From Isurus oxyrinchus (lineage: Eukaryota), in the NCBI GenBank assembly GCA_026770705.1, contig JANJGN010000088.1, positions 682,001-746,000 of the forward strand: a stretch of DNA of 64,000 bases, read 5' to 3'. The notes under the pieces were generated by a model. That model did no database searches, was not told the DNA's origin, and saw only the letters and a program-made list of their open reading frames with translations. Made by a program: the position numbers and the translations under genes. Each line of letters starts with the position of its first letter. Position 1 is the stretch's first letter. Of the stretch, positions 46,775-58,510 are shown piece after piece.

Positions 46775-47625
46775 TGATTAACAATAATACAATTCACAAG
46801 TGATACATCAATCATGATACAATCTACTGGTGGATCAATTATAATACAATCCCATGGGGTATATATTCCAAGAGAATTGTCTTCCCTCTTGCTCTCTCTT
46901 CAACTCTAAAATATCATTCAATCCACTTCCTTTTCTGCTCTCTCTCTCTCTCCCCCATACTTAATCTTCTCCCTAATTCCTTTCTCATTCTATATCTCTT
47001 CCTCTTGATAATACATCATCCCTCTAATTCCTCTTCTCTCTCTCCCACTTTATAATACACTCTTACCCTCTATTTGTCTTTTCCCTCACTCTCTCTCTCT
47101 CACTCCATTTAATCTCCTTTCCTCTCGTTTCTGCCTCTCTTTCCCATATCAAAAGAACATGAAACTCCCCTCTTTTCCCGCCTCCTCATTCTCTCCCTTC
47201 CTCCCACTCTATGATACTCTCTTTCTATCTATCACAGGAGTGTGTGCTCACGCAGCTACAGCATTAAATTCCCAGGCAACAGAAGCTGTTACTGGGCAAC
47301 AGAAATTCCTCCCACCCGACCATTCACCCATCTATAAATTCAGTACATGAGAGGAATGAATGGTTACCTTACACACTCCATCGCTCATGAGAAACAGCCT
47401 GGTCCTCTGCTTCCTGTTTTGTGCTGTTTGCTCAGGCAGTCTGTTTACACAAAGTGCAGACAACCCGGGAGTCCCAGCTTCTGTCTCTGTGTAGTGTGGG
47501 CTGGTAGCGAGGACATGGGAGGGAAGGTGGGAGTGAGAAAGGGAGGGGGAGAGAAGGAAAGAGAAAAAGAGAAAGAAAGAGAGAGAGAAAGATAGAGTGA
47601 GAGCAAGGGGATGTAAAATAATGTA
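46775..47625. repeat. Low-copy module B
   Basis: Same architecture as module A. Carries GTTACTGGGCAAC (47288-47300), CTTCCTG (47410-47416) and TGTTTAC (47442-47448). Confidence 0.88.
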
Positions 47626-48279
47626 AAATCCACAGTGCACGGCAGCATGGAATTTTCTAGACATGTTTTATATTTCAGTGAAAATGGTCCATAACTGTCC
47701 AATGTGGAACTTTAAAAGGAAATAAAACACGGATTGATGGTTATTATGTGCTCCTAATCTCATTCACCACCCAACATTGTAATGAGTTTACAAACAAAGC
47801 GAACAGAATTTGTTTCCTTACAGACTTTGACAAAACTGTACAAAATATTAAATTAATACATAGCTGTTGTAGAATAAATTTGAAAAACATGTCCATTAAA
47901 AAACAAGAATGGAAATAAATAGGTGCTTTTTTATCATAAAAGGAGCCAGAATGATTCAAACCCAGTAAACTGAAAAGAGCAATTTATCTGTAATTGAAGC
48001 TGATGAGATATTTGAAGGGATTCCCAGTCCCATGTTATCAGAAAAGCAACTCAACACCCAACAGTCAGAAACCCCAGTACAAGCACTGGAAATACGTCAG
48101 GGCTGGATATTGGGGAAAAAAGACAAGTCAAAAGGCATTGTACCATAATGCGCAGAGCATTCATAATAAGGCAGATGAATTAATAGAGCAACTAGATATA
48201 AATGCTTATGATATAGTTGAAATTATGGAGACATGGTTGTAGGGTGACTAAGGATGGGAACTGAACATCCAGGGGTATT

Positions 48280-50720
48280 TCTGGTGGAGATCAGCAAGAA
48301 GTTCTGAATGGTCAAAGAGAACACTTCTACTTGGGGGGCAAGTGTCAAGTCTTGGGCAACATGTTTGTCCACTGTAGCTCTGGAGAGAGCATTAGCCATG
48401 GTTTGTGACTTTGCTGTGAAGTGAGGTCATGAAATAAGTTGATATTAAAACTGATATTAAGGTGTGCATCAAAAGCTTTAAATGTAATCAAATGCAGTTA
48501 TTAGCATTAATTGCTTTAAGAGTAAGAACTCTTTCTAAGGATGATGGGAAATATATCCAACACATCGGCATGACGGGTATGGTACTGTGGGAACCCAACT
48601 TAATGACCTTCCCAGGATGGGTCAACAAATGTTAAAGTGATAAGGGCATAGACTGGGAGGCATTAGGATCAAGGCATTTCCTAGCCTCCCAGTGAGATAA
48701 TGAGACATCTGAAGAGACAAGCATTTCTTTCACATATTGAAATGTGTTGATTTGGTGAGTGCCACAGAACCATTATTGGCCTTTTCAGAAGGTACCTTAA
48801 AGGTTCCGTGATAGTAGCCAGACTTGGGATAAATTGACCAACCTGATTTACCATTCTGAGGAGCCTCTGGGCATCAGTGACACACTTGGGCTGGGGGAAG
48901 TCGGCGATAGCTTTCGTTTTTGAGGGCCTACAATGTCATTGAATGATATGCCATAGAAATTTGATGGTGGTTTTGATGAATTCATACTTGTCATTTAAAG
49001 TCAGACCTGCCTCTTGCAGAGCCTTGAGAGCCTCTCGAAGTCTGTGGTCATGCTCCTCTCTTGTGGGCCCAAGGATAAGGAAGTCATGGATGTGACAAAT
49101 GGCTCCTTGTTAACCTTCTAAGATCCTGGACATGGCGTGCTGGAATATCCCCGGAGCTGATAAGATGCTGAAGAGAAAGCGGTCAAAACAAAAGTGCCCA
49201 AACTGCGTGATAAAGGTTGTTAGCAACATGGACGCCCGGTTGAGGGGTATTTGCCAAAACCCACCATTAGCATCAAGTTTGGTGAAGAGGACACTGTTGG
49301 CAAGCTGTGCCAGACTGTTGTCCACAGGTGCCATGAGGCAGACTTCCCTCTGGACTGCTATGTTTATTGGGTGAGGTCAATGCACAGATTGCACAATGTT
49401 CAGCTCCATTCGTGACTCCTGAGATACTGAAGCAGTCCACGTTCAAATGCAGCAAGACCTGGACAATATGTAGGTTTGGGCTGACAAGCGGCAAGTAACA
49501 TTTGCGCTACACAAATGTCAGGCAATGACCATCTCCAACAAGAAAGAATCCAACCATCGCTCCTTGATGTTCAATGGCATTACCATCACTGAATCCCCCA
49601 CTATCATCATCCTGGGGGTTACCATTGACCAGAAACTGAACTGGATCAGCCATATAAATACTGTGGTTACGAGAACAGGTCAGAGACTAGGAATCCTGCA
49701 ACGAGTAACTCACCTCCTGACACCCCAAAGCCTGTCCACCATTTACAAGGCACAAATCAGGAGGGTGATGGAACACTCCCCACTTGCCTGGATGAATGCA
49801 GCTCCCACAACACTCAAGAAGCTTTACACCATCTAGGGCAAAGCAGCCCAGTTGATTGCCACCACATACACAAATATTCACTCCCTTCACCACTGTCACA
49901 CGGTAGCAGATGTGTGTACCCTCGACAAGATGCACTGCAGGAACTCATCGAGGCTCTGTCGGCAGCACCTTTCAAACCCACGACTGCTACCATGTCCAAG
50001 GACAAGGGCAGCAGATACATAGGAACACCACCACTTGGAAGTTCCTCTCCAAGCTGCTCACCATCCTGACTTAGAGATGCTTTTGCCATTCCTTCTCTGT
50101 CACCACCTTCTCAAGGGCAATGAAGGATGGGCAATAAATGCTGGCCCAGCCAGTGAAACCAATATCCCGTGAATTAATTAAAAAAAAGATACTTTGTGCA
50201 GATGATGGATGGTCTCTGTGATCTGACACCCCTTGTAGCACAGAGTGTCTGTGTTCGAACCTTTCACCTGCACATTCGTCCCCCTGGACATTCAAGTTTG
50301 ATGTTTGATGGTTGGACAGGAACTGTGAAGAGATGTGCTAATGGTCAGTCAGTATGGAAATACCAACACCAGTATCAAGCTTAAAGTAGATTTTAAAACC
50401 TTTAATGTCCAACGTGATGGAGCAGAAATCTTATTGATGGTCTTGTACCTCTTCCAGGAAGTCTGAGATGCCATTTATTTAATAGTGGTCTATGTCCTGG
50501 GTGACTTGAAAGCTGCATTTATATTGTAGTTTTCTCCACTTAGAGGAAGTTTTAAGTTAAGAGCACTGCTGGAAGGGTCCCGCCTTCCCACATCAGAAGC
50601 ATTCTGCAGCCCCTGCTGGGCTGTCTTGCCGTCTGTGCTATTTATTGCGGCGCAGCGCAAGCACCACAAGATAGCTGTTGTAGGGTTTCTCGACATTTTG
50701 GCCAGGCTTTTGTGTTGTTG
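48280..50720 (-). mobile_element. Gypsy pol remnant, interrupted by a LINE 3' part (+, ~49410-50188)
   Basis: FTKLDANGGFWQIPL..LLTTFITQFG.FCF.RF.F.I.SAPGIFQ. A CR1 APE scrap precedes it at 48120-48280. Confidence 0.82.
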
Positions 50721-50729
50721 GGGGTAGCA

Positions 50730-51420
50730 CATTTGTGCAATGTGCCTTTGCCAAAAAGGTCTGGAGTGATATGGAGAGGTTTTTGTCGAGATTCATCCCA
50801 AGCAGTTCCATAATGCAGGACTCTGTGCTCTCCATGCTGTTGCCAGGGACACACCGAAATAAACATCAACTGCAGCTGGAGGATCATCAACTCGGTGAAA
50901 GCTGCTCTTTGGGCTGCCTGAAGCTTTGTTGCTCTTCCAGTACAAAGAGTCGTCTCCAGCCGAGTGTTGCAGACTGGTACGTTCCAAGGTCCAGGACTAC
51001 CTGCTGAAGGATGCACTAAAGCTTGGGGCAGCCACCGCTAATGTGAAATGGGGAAAGGTCGCAGTCTGAGACCTTTTGGCCATAGTGCACCGAGGAACTG
51101 GGAATTGTATAGACGCCTCGGACTGTATGACTCACGTTGAATCGATGCAATGAATATCACATGTATCACAATTGTATTGATGCACCTCAGAGTGCAACAT
51201 GATCTATGTTGACAACTTAAATACCATTGCACTGACTGTCTGTTATGACCATTATCGAATGTCTGTGATGTTCTTTCAGTGTATTGAAGTACCTCAGGGT
51301 GCCACATGGTCCATGCGGAAAACTTAAATATGATTGCACTTTTTGTGATGGCCATTTTGAATTTTTTGCAATGTTCTTTCAGATATTTTATGAATAAAGT
51401 ATATTTTTGCAAAAAAAAAA
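50730..51420 (+). mobile_element. Tx1-clade (Keno-like) LINE 3' end with poly(A)
   Basis: QCAFAKKVW..RFIPSSS, a long AT-rich 3' UTR and aataaagtatatttttgcaaaaaaaaaa. Confidence 0.8.
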
Positions 51421-51432
51421 TGATGAGCTACA

Positions 51433-54400
51433 CCCACACCTCCCAGTCCTTCCTGTCCTCTATCATGGAGGTCTGAGATGTTAATCCATGGGAGAGTCTG
51501 GATAAACCGTTAGCTCTTGATGAACTGACTAAGGCTCTTGAGTCCTTCAAGAAGAGTCAAGCTCCCAGTAGCGATGCTTACCGACTGTGTTGTACGTGGC
51601 TCTGTGGGACTGGATCAGCTCAGGCCTGCTAGAAATGTATGAGAGTATGCTTTTGGCCAGCAGCATGTCAGAAACCATGAGGTAAGGCATCATCACCCTC
51701 ATCTACAAGCAGAAAGGAGAAAGGAAGGAAATTAGAAATTGGCGACCCATTTCACTGTTGAATATGGACGATAGAATTCAGCCTAAGGTCATCACCAATC
51801 GGGTAAAGTCTGCCACGGATTTGGTGATCCACCCTGACCAGACCTGTGCTGTGCCCAGCAGGAAGATCTCTGACAGCCTCGCGCTACTCAGGGATACGAT
51901 TGCCCATGTTCGGTGCAGGGGTGTGGACACCTGCCTCATCAGCCTGGACCAAGAGGAGGCCTTTGACAGAGTATCGCACACCTACATGGTGGATGTGCTC
52001 TCCAAAATGGGGTTTGGTCAGGGAATCAGCAACTGGACCCAACTGCTCTACACAAACATCTCTAGTGCAGGTTCAATCAAGGGGTGAGAATCAGAAACCT
52101 TTCCAATTAAATTTGGAGTCAGGCAGGGCTGCCCTCTCTGCCCTTTCCTGTTCGTGTGTTGCATACAACCCTTTGCTGAGTCCATCAGGCACGATCTGGG
52201 CATAAGAGGATCCCAGGCAGCAGAGGCACTCAGGTCAAAGTCTCCCTGTATACGGATGATGTAACGGTCTTCAGTTCAGATCAGCTGTCAGTACGCAGAC
52301 CGATCAACATCTTCAATCAGTTTGAACTGGCTTCAGGAGACAAGGTAAATCACGGCAAGAGCAAGGCCATATTCCTTGGTAACTGGGCTGACCTTCAGTG
52401 TCCTTCACTGTAAGTTCAAACTGCCTAAAAGTGATGATGATATGATTTGGAGGGACCAGGGCATGCGTTAGAAACAGGAAGGAGCGTGGCAATGGTGAAA
52501 TGAAAACCAGGCATGTGAGAAAGCGACGGTCCCTCTCCATTGCCGGTAGGAACCTGGTCATCAGGTGTGAGGCACTCTTGGTGTTGCTGTACGTGGCGCA
52601 GGTCTGGCCCATTCCTTACCTCTGCACTGTGGCGAACACCCGAGCCATCTTCCCCTTTATCTGGAGGTCAAAATGGACCATATTTGCAGGAACGCGATGT
52701 ACAAACCTCTAGATAAGGCGGGAAAAAAAACATGCCCAACATCACCCTCATCCTGCTGGCCACCTTTGGGTGTAGCTTCATCAAGCTGTGCATAACCCTT
52801 GGGACACAAAAACCAAGTGTTACTATGTGCTGAGGTTCTACCTGTCCCCAGTGTTGCGATGGATGCGTCTGGCCACATTGCAGCAGAACACTCCAAGTAG
52901 TTGGACCTGTTCCTTGTGGAAAAATGAAAACAGAGCAACATGCATGGGAGACTGGTCAAGAAGGCAAGAGCCCCTGGGATCCAGGGCAATTTGGCAAATT
53001 GGATCCTAAATTGGCTCAGTGGCAGGAGGCAGAGGGTGATGGTCAAATGCTGGTTTTGTGACTGGAACACTACGTACAATGGCGTACTGCAGGGTTCAGT
53101 GCTGGGTCCCTTGTAGTGTACATTAATGATCTAGACATGAATGTAGGAGGTATGATCAGTAAGTTCATAGATGACACGAAAATTGGTGGTGTGGTAAATA
53201 ACGAGGAGGAAAGCCTTAGGCTACAGGGCGATATAGACGGGCTGGTCAGATGGGCAGAACAGTGGCAAATGGAACCTAGTTCTGAAAAGTGTGAGGTGAT
53301 GCATTTTGGGAGGACTAACAAGGAAAGGGAGTACACAATGAGGGGGAGGGCCCAAAGAGATACAGGGGATCAGGGAACCTTGCTGTGCATGTCAATAGAT
53401 CCTTGAAGGCAGCAGGGCAGATTGATAAGGTGGTTAAGAAGTTATAAGGGATACTTGTCTTTATTGGTTAAGCATTGAATACAAGAGCAAGAAGGTAATG
53501 ATGGAGCTGTATAAGGCATTAGTTAGGCCATGTCTGGAGTACTGTGTGCAGTTCTGGTCGCCACACTATAGGAAGGATGTGATTGCACTGAAGAGGGTGC
53601 AGAGGAGATTCACCAGGATATTGCCAGGGCTGGAGCATTTCACCTATGAAGAGAGACTGGATAGGCTTTGGGTTATTTTCCTTCCAGCAGAGAAGGCTGA
53701 GGGGAGACCTGATTGAGGTCTACAAAATTATGAGGGGGATAGATAGGGTAGTTGGAATAAACGTTTCCCCCTTAATGGAGGGGTCAATAACTAGGGGGTG
53801 TAGATTTAAGGTAAGGGGCAAGAGGTTTAGAGGGAACTTGAGGAAAAAGATTTTCATCCAGAGGGTGGGAGGCATCGGGAGCTCACTGCCTGAAACGGTG
53901 GTAGAGGTGGGATCGCACACAACATTGAAGAAGTATTTAAATGAACACTTGAAAGGCCATAGCACAGGAGGCTGTCGGCCAAGTGCTGGAAAACGGGATT
54001 AGAGTTGATAGGGGCCAGAAGACCATTGTGGAGATGATGGGCTGAAGGTCCTCTTTCCGTGCTGTAAACCTCCATGACTCTATGACCTTTGGCTACAAGT
54101 TCATTAGGCAGTGGTCAGCACGTAATGTCCAAGAGGCCCTTTGGGAAAAGGAGATGGTGGATCCTGTCAGATGGATCTCTGAGTAGACTGTCAAAGTCAT
54201 TTGGCAGAATGCCTCATTGCCAGAACTTTCCAACAAGCACCACGACGGAGCTTGGCTGGTGATGAGAAAGACCCTCCCCATCAGATCCTTCCTACATGCC
54301 AGGAGTGTCACCCTTTCTGCTCGTTGCCCTCGCGGTAGCTGTGGTGGGGAAGAGACCATTGTTCACCTCCAAGTGGAATGTGCTTTTGCAAAAGGGGAAA

Positions 54401-56970
54401 GGATGCAGTCTAAGGCCTTTCAGCCATAACGCACCAAGGGGCTGGGAATTCTATAGGCCTCTCAGGCTGTATGACTCACACTGTATGTATGCAATGAATA
54501 TTACATGCATCACAATTGGATTGAAGCGCCTCAAAGTGCTACGTGATCTATGTAGACAACTTAAATACCATTGCACTGTCTGACTGTCTGTTATAACAAT
54601 TTAGAAATGTTTCTAATGTTCCTCCATTGTATTGAAGCACCTCAGAGTGCGACATGATCGATGTGGAAAACTCGAATATGTTTGCACTTTTTGTGATGGC
54701 CATTTTGAAATGTTTTTCTTTTATTCAGTGACGGGATGTGGGCTTTGGTGGCTGGGCCAGCATTCATTGCCCATCCTAGGTGCCCTTGAGAAGGTGATAG
54801 TGAGCTGCCTTTTTGAACTGCTGCACTCCGTGTGGTGCAGGTTCACCCACAGTGCTGTTAGAAATGGAGTTCCAGGATTTTGACCCAGCGACAGTGAAGG
54901 AACAGCAATGTATTTCCAAGTCAGGATGGTGAGTGACTTGGAGGGGAACTTCCAGATGGTGTTGTTCCCATCTATCTCTTGCCTTTGTCCTTCTAGATGG
55001 CAGTGATCGTGGGATTGGAACGTGCTGTCTAAGGAGCCGTGGTTAATTCCTGCAGTGCATCTTATAGATGGTACACACTGCTGCTTCTGTGCATTCGTGG
55101 TGCAGTGAGTGAATGTTTGAGGATGTGGTGCCAAACGAGTGGGCTACTTTCTCTTGAAGTGTCAAGCTTCTTGAGTGTTGTGGGAGCTGCACTCATCCAG
55201 TCGATGGGGAGTACTCTTGTGCCTTGCAGATGGTGGCCAGGTTTTGGGGAGTCAAGAGGTGAGTTACTCTCCGCAGGATTCCTAGCCTCTGACCTGCTCT
55301 TGTAGCTATAGTATTTTTATGGCTAGTCCAGTTCAGTTTCTGGTCAATGATAACCCCCAGCATGTTGATAGTGGGGAATTCAGTGATGGTAATGCTACCG
55401 AACGTCATGGGGCAATGGTTACATTCTCTCTTGAAGAAGTTCATTGCCTGGCACTGTGTGGTGCGAGTGTTACTTTCCACTTATCAGCCCAAGCCTGGCT
55501 ATTGTCCAGGTCTTGCTGCATTCGGACATGGACTGCTTCAGTATCTGAGGAGTGCTGAATATTATGCAATCATCAGCGAAAATCCCACTTCTGGCCTTAT
55601 GACGGAAGTAAGGTCATTTATGGAGTAGCTGAAGATGGTTGGACCGAGGACGCTACCCTGAGGAACTTCTGCAGTGGTGTCCTGAGCTGAGATACCTGAC
55701 CTCCAACAAACACAACCATCTTCCTTTGTGCTAGGTATGACTCCAACCAGTGGAGAGCTCTCCCCCTGATTCCCATTCTCTCCAGTTTTGCTAGAGTTCC
55801 TTGATGCCACACTCGTTTAAATGCAAACTTGATATCAAGGACGGTCATTCTCACCTCATCTTGGGGGTTCAGTCCTTTTATCCATTTTTGAACCAAGGCT
55901 GTAATGAGGTCAGGAGCTGAGTGGCCCTGGTGGAACTCAAACTGGGCATCAGTGAGCAGGTTATTGCTAAGCAAGTGCCGCTTGATGGCACTGATGATGA
56001 CCCCTTCGATTACTGTACTGATGATCGAGTGTAGACTGATGGGCCGCTAATTGGCTCGGTTGGATTTGTTCTGCTTTTTGTGTGCAGGACATACCTGGGC
56101 AATTTTGCACAGAGCTGGGTAGGTGCCAGTGTTGTAGCTGTACTGGAACAGCTTGGCTACGGGCGCAGCAAGTTCTGGAGCACACATTTTCAGTACTATT
56201 GCCGGAATATTGTCATAGCCTTTGCAGCATTCATTGCCTCCAGCTGTTTCTTGCTATCATGTGGAGGGAATCAAATTGGCTGAAGACTGGCATCTGTGAT
56301 GCTGGGGACCTCTGGTCAGGCTGAGATGGATCATCCACTCAGTGCTTCTGGCTGAAAATTGTAGCAAATCTTCAGCCTTATCTTTTGCACTGATGTGCTG
56401 GGTTCCCTCATCATTGAGGATGGGGATATTTGTGGAACCTCCTCCCCCAGTGAGCTGTTTAATTGTCCACCACTATTCACGACTGGATGTGGCAAGTCTG
56501 CAGAGCTTAGATCTGATCCGTTGGATGTGAGAGCACTTTGCTCTGCCTATCACTTGCTGCTTATGCTGTTGGGCACGCAAGTAGTCCTGTGTTATAGCTT
56601 CACCAGGTTGAGACTTCATTTTTTGGTATGCCTGGTGCTGCTCCTGGCATGCTTTACTGCACTCTTCATTGAACCAGGGTTGACACCCTGGCTTGGTGGT
56701 AATGGTAGAGTGGGGGATATGCCAGGCCATGAAGTTATAGATTGTGTTTGAATACAATTCTGCTGCTGCTAATGGCCCACAGCACCTCATGGTTGCCCAG
56801 CCTTTAGCTGCTAAATCTGTTTGAAAACTACCCCATTTAGCACAGTGGTAGTGCCACACAACACGATGGAGGGTATCCTCAATGTGAAGGCAGGACGTTG
56901 TCACCATAATGACATTTTGTGATGTTCTTTCAGATAGTTAATCAATAAAGATTATTTTTGCAAACAAAAA
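51433..56970 (+). mobile_element. Tx1-clade LINE ORF2, 5'-truncated, with nested CR1 (+, ~52925-54090) and tRNA-headed-family LINE (-, ~54720-56910)
   Basis: NWRPISLLN, VIHPDQTCAVP.RKISD, SLDQEEAFDRVSH, GVRQGCPL, LYTDDV, CPRGSCGGEETIVHL..EC. The 3' UTR matches 50730-51420. Confidence 0.9.
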
Positions 56971-57829
56971 TTATGAGCTACAAAGTACGCACATCTCTCC
57001 TAAGTGCAGTCTACTCTGTCTGCTGTAAAAAGTCTCTAGCACATGATTGCTGACATCACTGTCACATCATGGTTTACGTCACTTATTGCCATAACTATTC
57101 TATTGACTCATTATGCTACACATGCCCCAGAAACAGAGAGTGAGGAAATACAACCCAGGATAGACTTTGCGGGAACACAACCTAGGGTCAGTTATTATGG
57201 AATCCCTACTGCCATTTCAGACTGAAGTACAGACATTGGGGCATACATTCCAGGAGAAGAGATTTCTGGTGGCATGAGGAATATCCCCTCCACCCACCAT
57301 GGATGTACCCAGGGTCAAATAATGGGAGATATTCCAAATGTGTCAAAGCTGAGGAAATACCACACCCGTGCGATCATCGGGAGAAGGCACCTCATAAACA
57401 GATAATGGGGGAACACATCCAAGCAGCAGACATTGTGGGAATATACGCCACCACAAAATGTTGCGTGAATACAGCCTAGGACCAAAGCTAATGCCAAAGT
57501 TGAGGGAACAGCCCATCAATATAGTCAACTGGGGGAATATGCATCATGCACAGATACTGGGAGAACACATCTGAGGAGTAGATGTTGTGGGAATACAGCC
57601 CGGGACCACAAGTGGGGAAGTTAACACAGGCCTGTTTATGGAGTGTTGCCCAACTGTATTTGGAGAAATACGCCCTTGGTCCCAATACATGGGAAATATA
57701 CCCCTGGCCAAATACAGGGGGCAATTCCCAGTCCCATGCACGAGGAAACTCCATTTCACTCCAGTAATATAAATAGGGAGCATATGTCAATGGAATTTAC
57801 CAGAATACATTCCAATACACAATACTAGT

Positions 57830-58510
57830 AAATGATTAATGATACAATTCACAAGTAACAAATCAATCATGATACAATCTACTGGTGGAACAATTATAAT
57901 ACAGTCCAGTGGGGTATATGTTCCAAGAGAATAGTCTTCCCTCCCGTCCTCTATTCAGTCTGTGTGAGAGGCTATAATATTGATTTCCCGGCAACAGAAT
58001 CTGTTACAGAAACAGAAACCCCTCCCACCGAACCATTCACCCATCTACAAATTCAGGAATGAATGGTTACCTTACACACTCCATCGCTCGTAGGAAACAG
58101 CCTGGTCCTCTGTTTCCTGTTTTGTGCTCTTTGCTTCTCTCCTTTCAGCTGATGGCCGATGCAGTCTGTTTACACAAAGTGCAGCCAACCTCGGAGTCCC
58201 AGCTTCAGTCTCTGTGCAGTGTGGGGTGGGAGCAAGGACATAGGAAAGGGAAGGGGTGAGAAAGAAAGAGAAAGGAGGGAGAGGGCAGGGAAAGTGTAGG
58301 GAGAGGGAGAGGAGAGTGAGGGCGAGGGAGAAGGAGAGGGAAGAGAGAGGAAGGGGGAAAATACAGAGGGAGAAAGTTGGGATGATGGAGAGATGTAGTC
58401 TGTTTGTACACAATGCAGTCAGTTGGTGAATTACAGTTTCTGCCTGTGTGCAGGTTAGAGTGTGGAGAGGGATGGAAAGAGGGAGAAAAAGAGAGAACAT
58501 AACAATATAA
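57830..58510. repeat. Low-copy module C
   Basis: High similarity to module B (ggaatgaatggttaccttacacactccatcgctc..gaaacagcctggtcctctg.ttcctgttttgtgct; agtctgtttacacaaagtgcag). Confidence 0.9.

Larger units (their letters stand above)
9350..57830. repeat. Decayed satellite related to the 72-bp unit, surviving as blocks between TEs (~9350-11200, 18395-18785, 34060-35200, 39030-39215, 43380-44620, 46010-46775, 48005-48120, 57123-57830)
   Basis: Recurrent gggggaatacaccccaggaccagatattgg / ttcccagtcccatgtatgagggaa motifs, always in the same orientation. Confidence 0.85.

Noticed and set aside
47631-47669. RSS heptamer CACAGTG with 23-nt spacer
   Set aside because: The nonamer position reads ACATGTTTT (3/9). 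Other heptamers checked (789, 3219, 10158, 10875) also lack nonamers, and no V/D/J segments were seen.
48438-48462. gatattaaaactgata resembling reverse U2 stem-loop IIa
   Set aside because: The match is only ~16 AT-rich nt with an indel, which is not significant.
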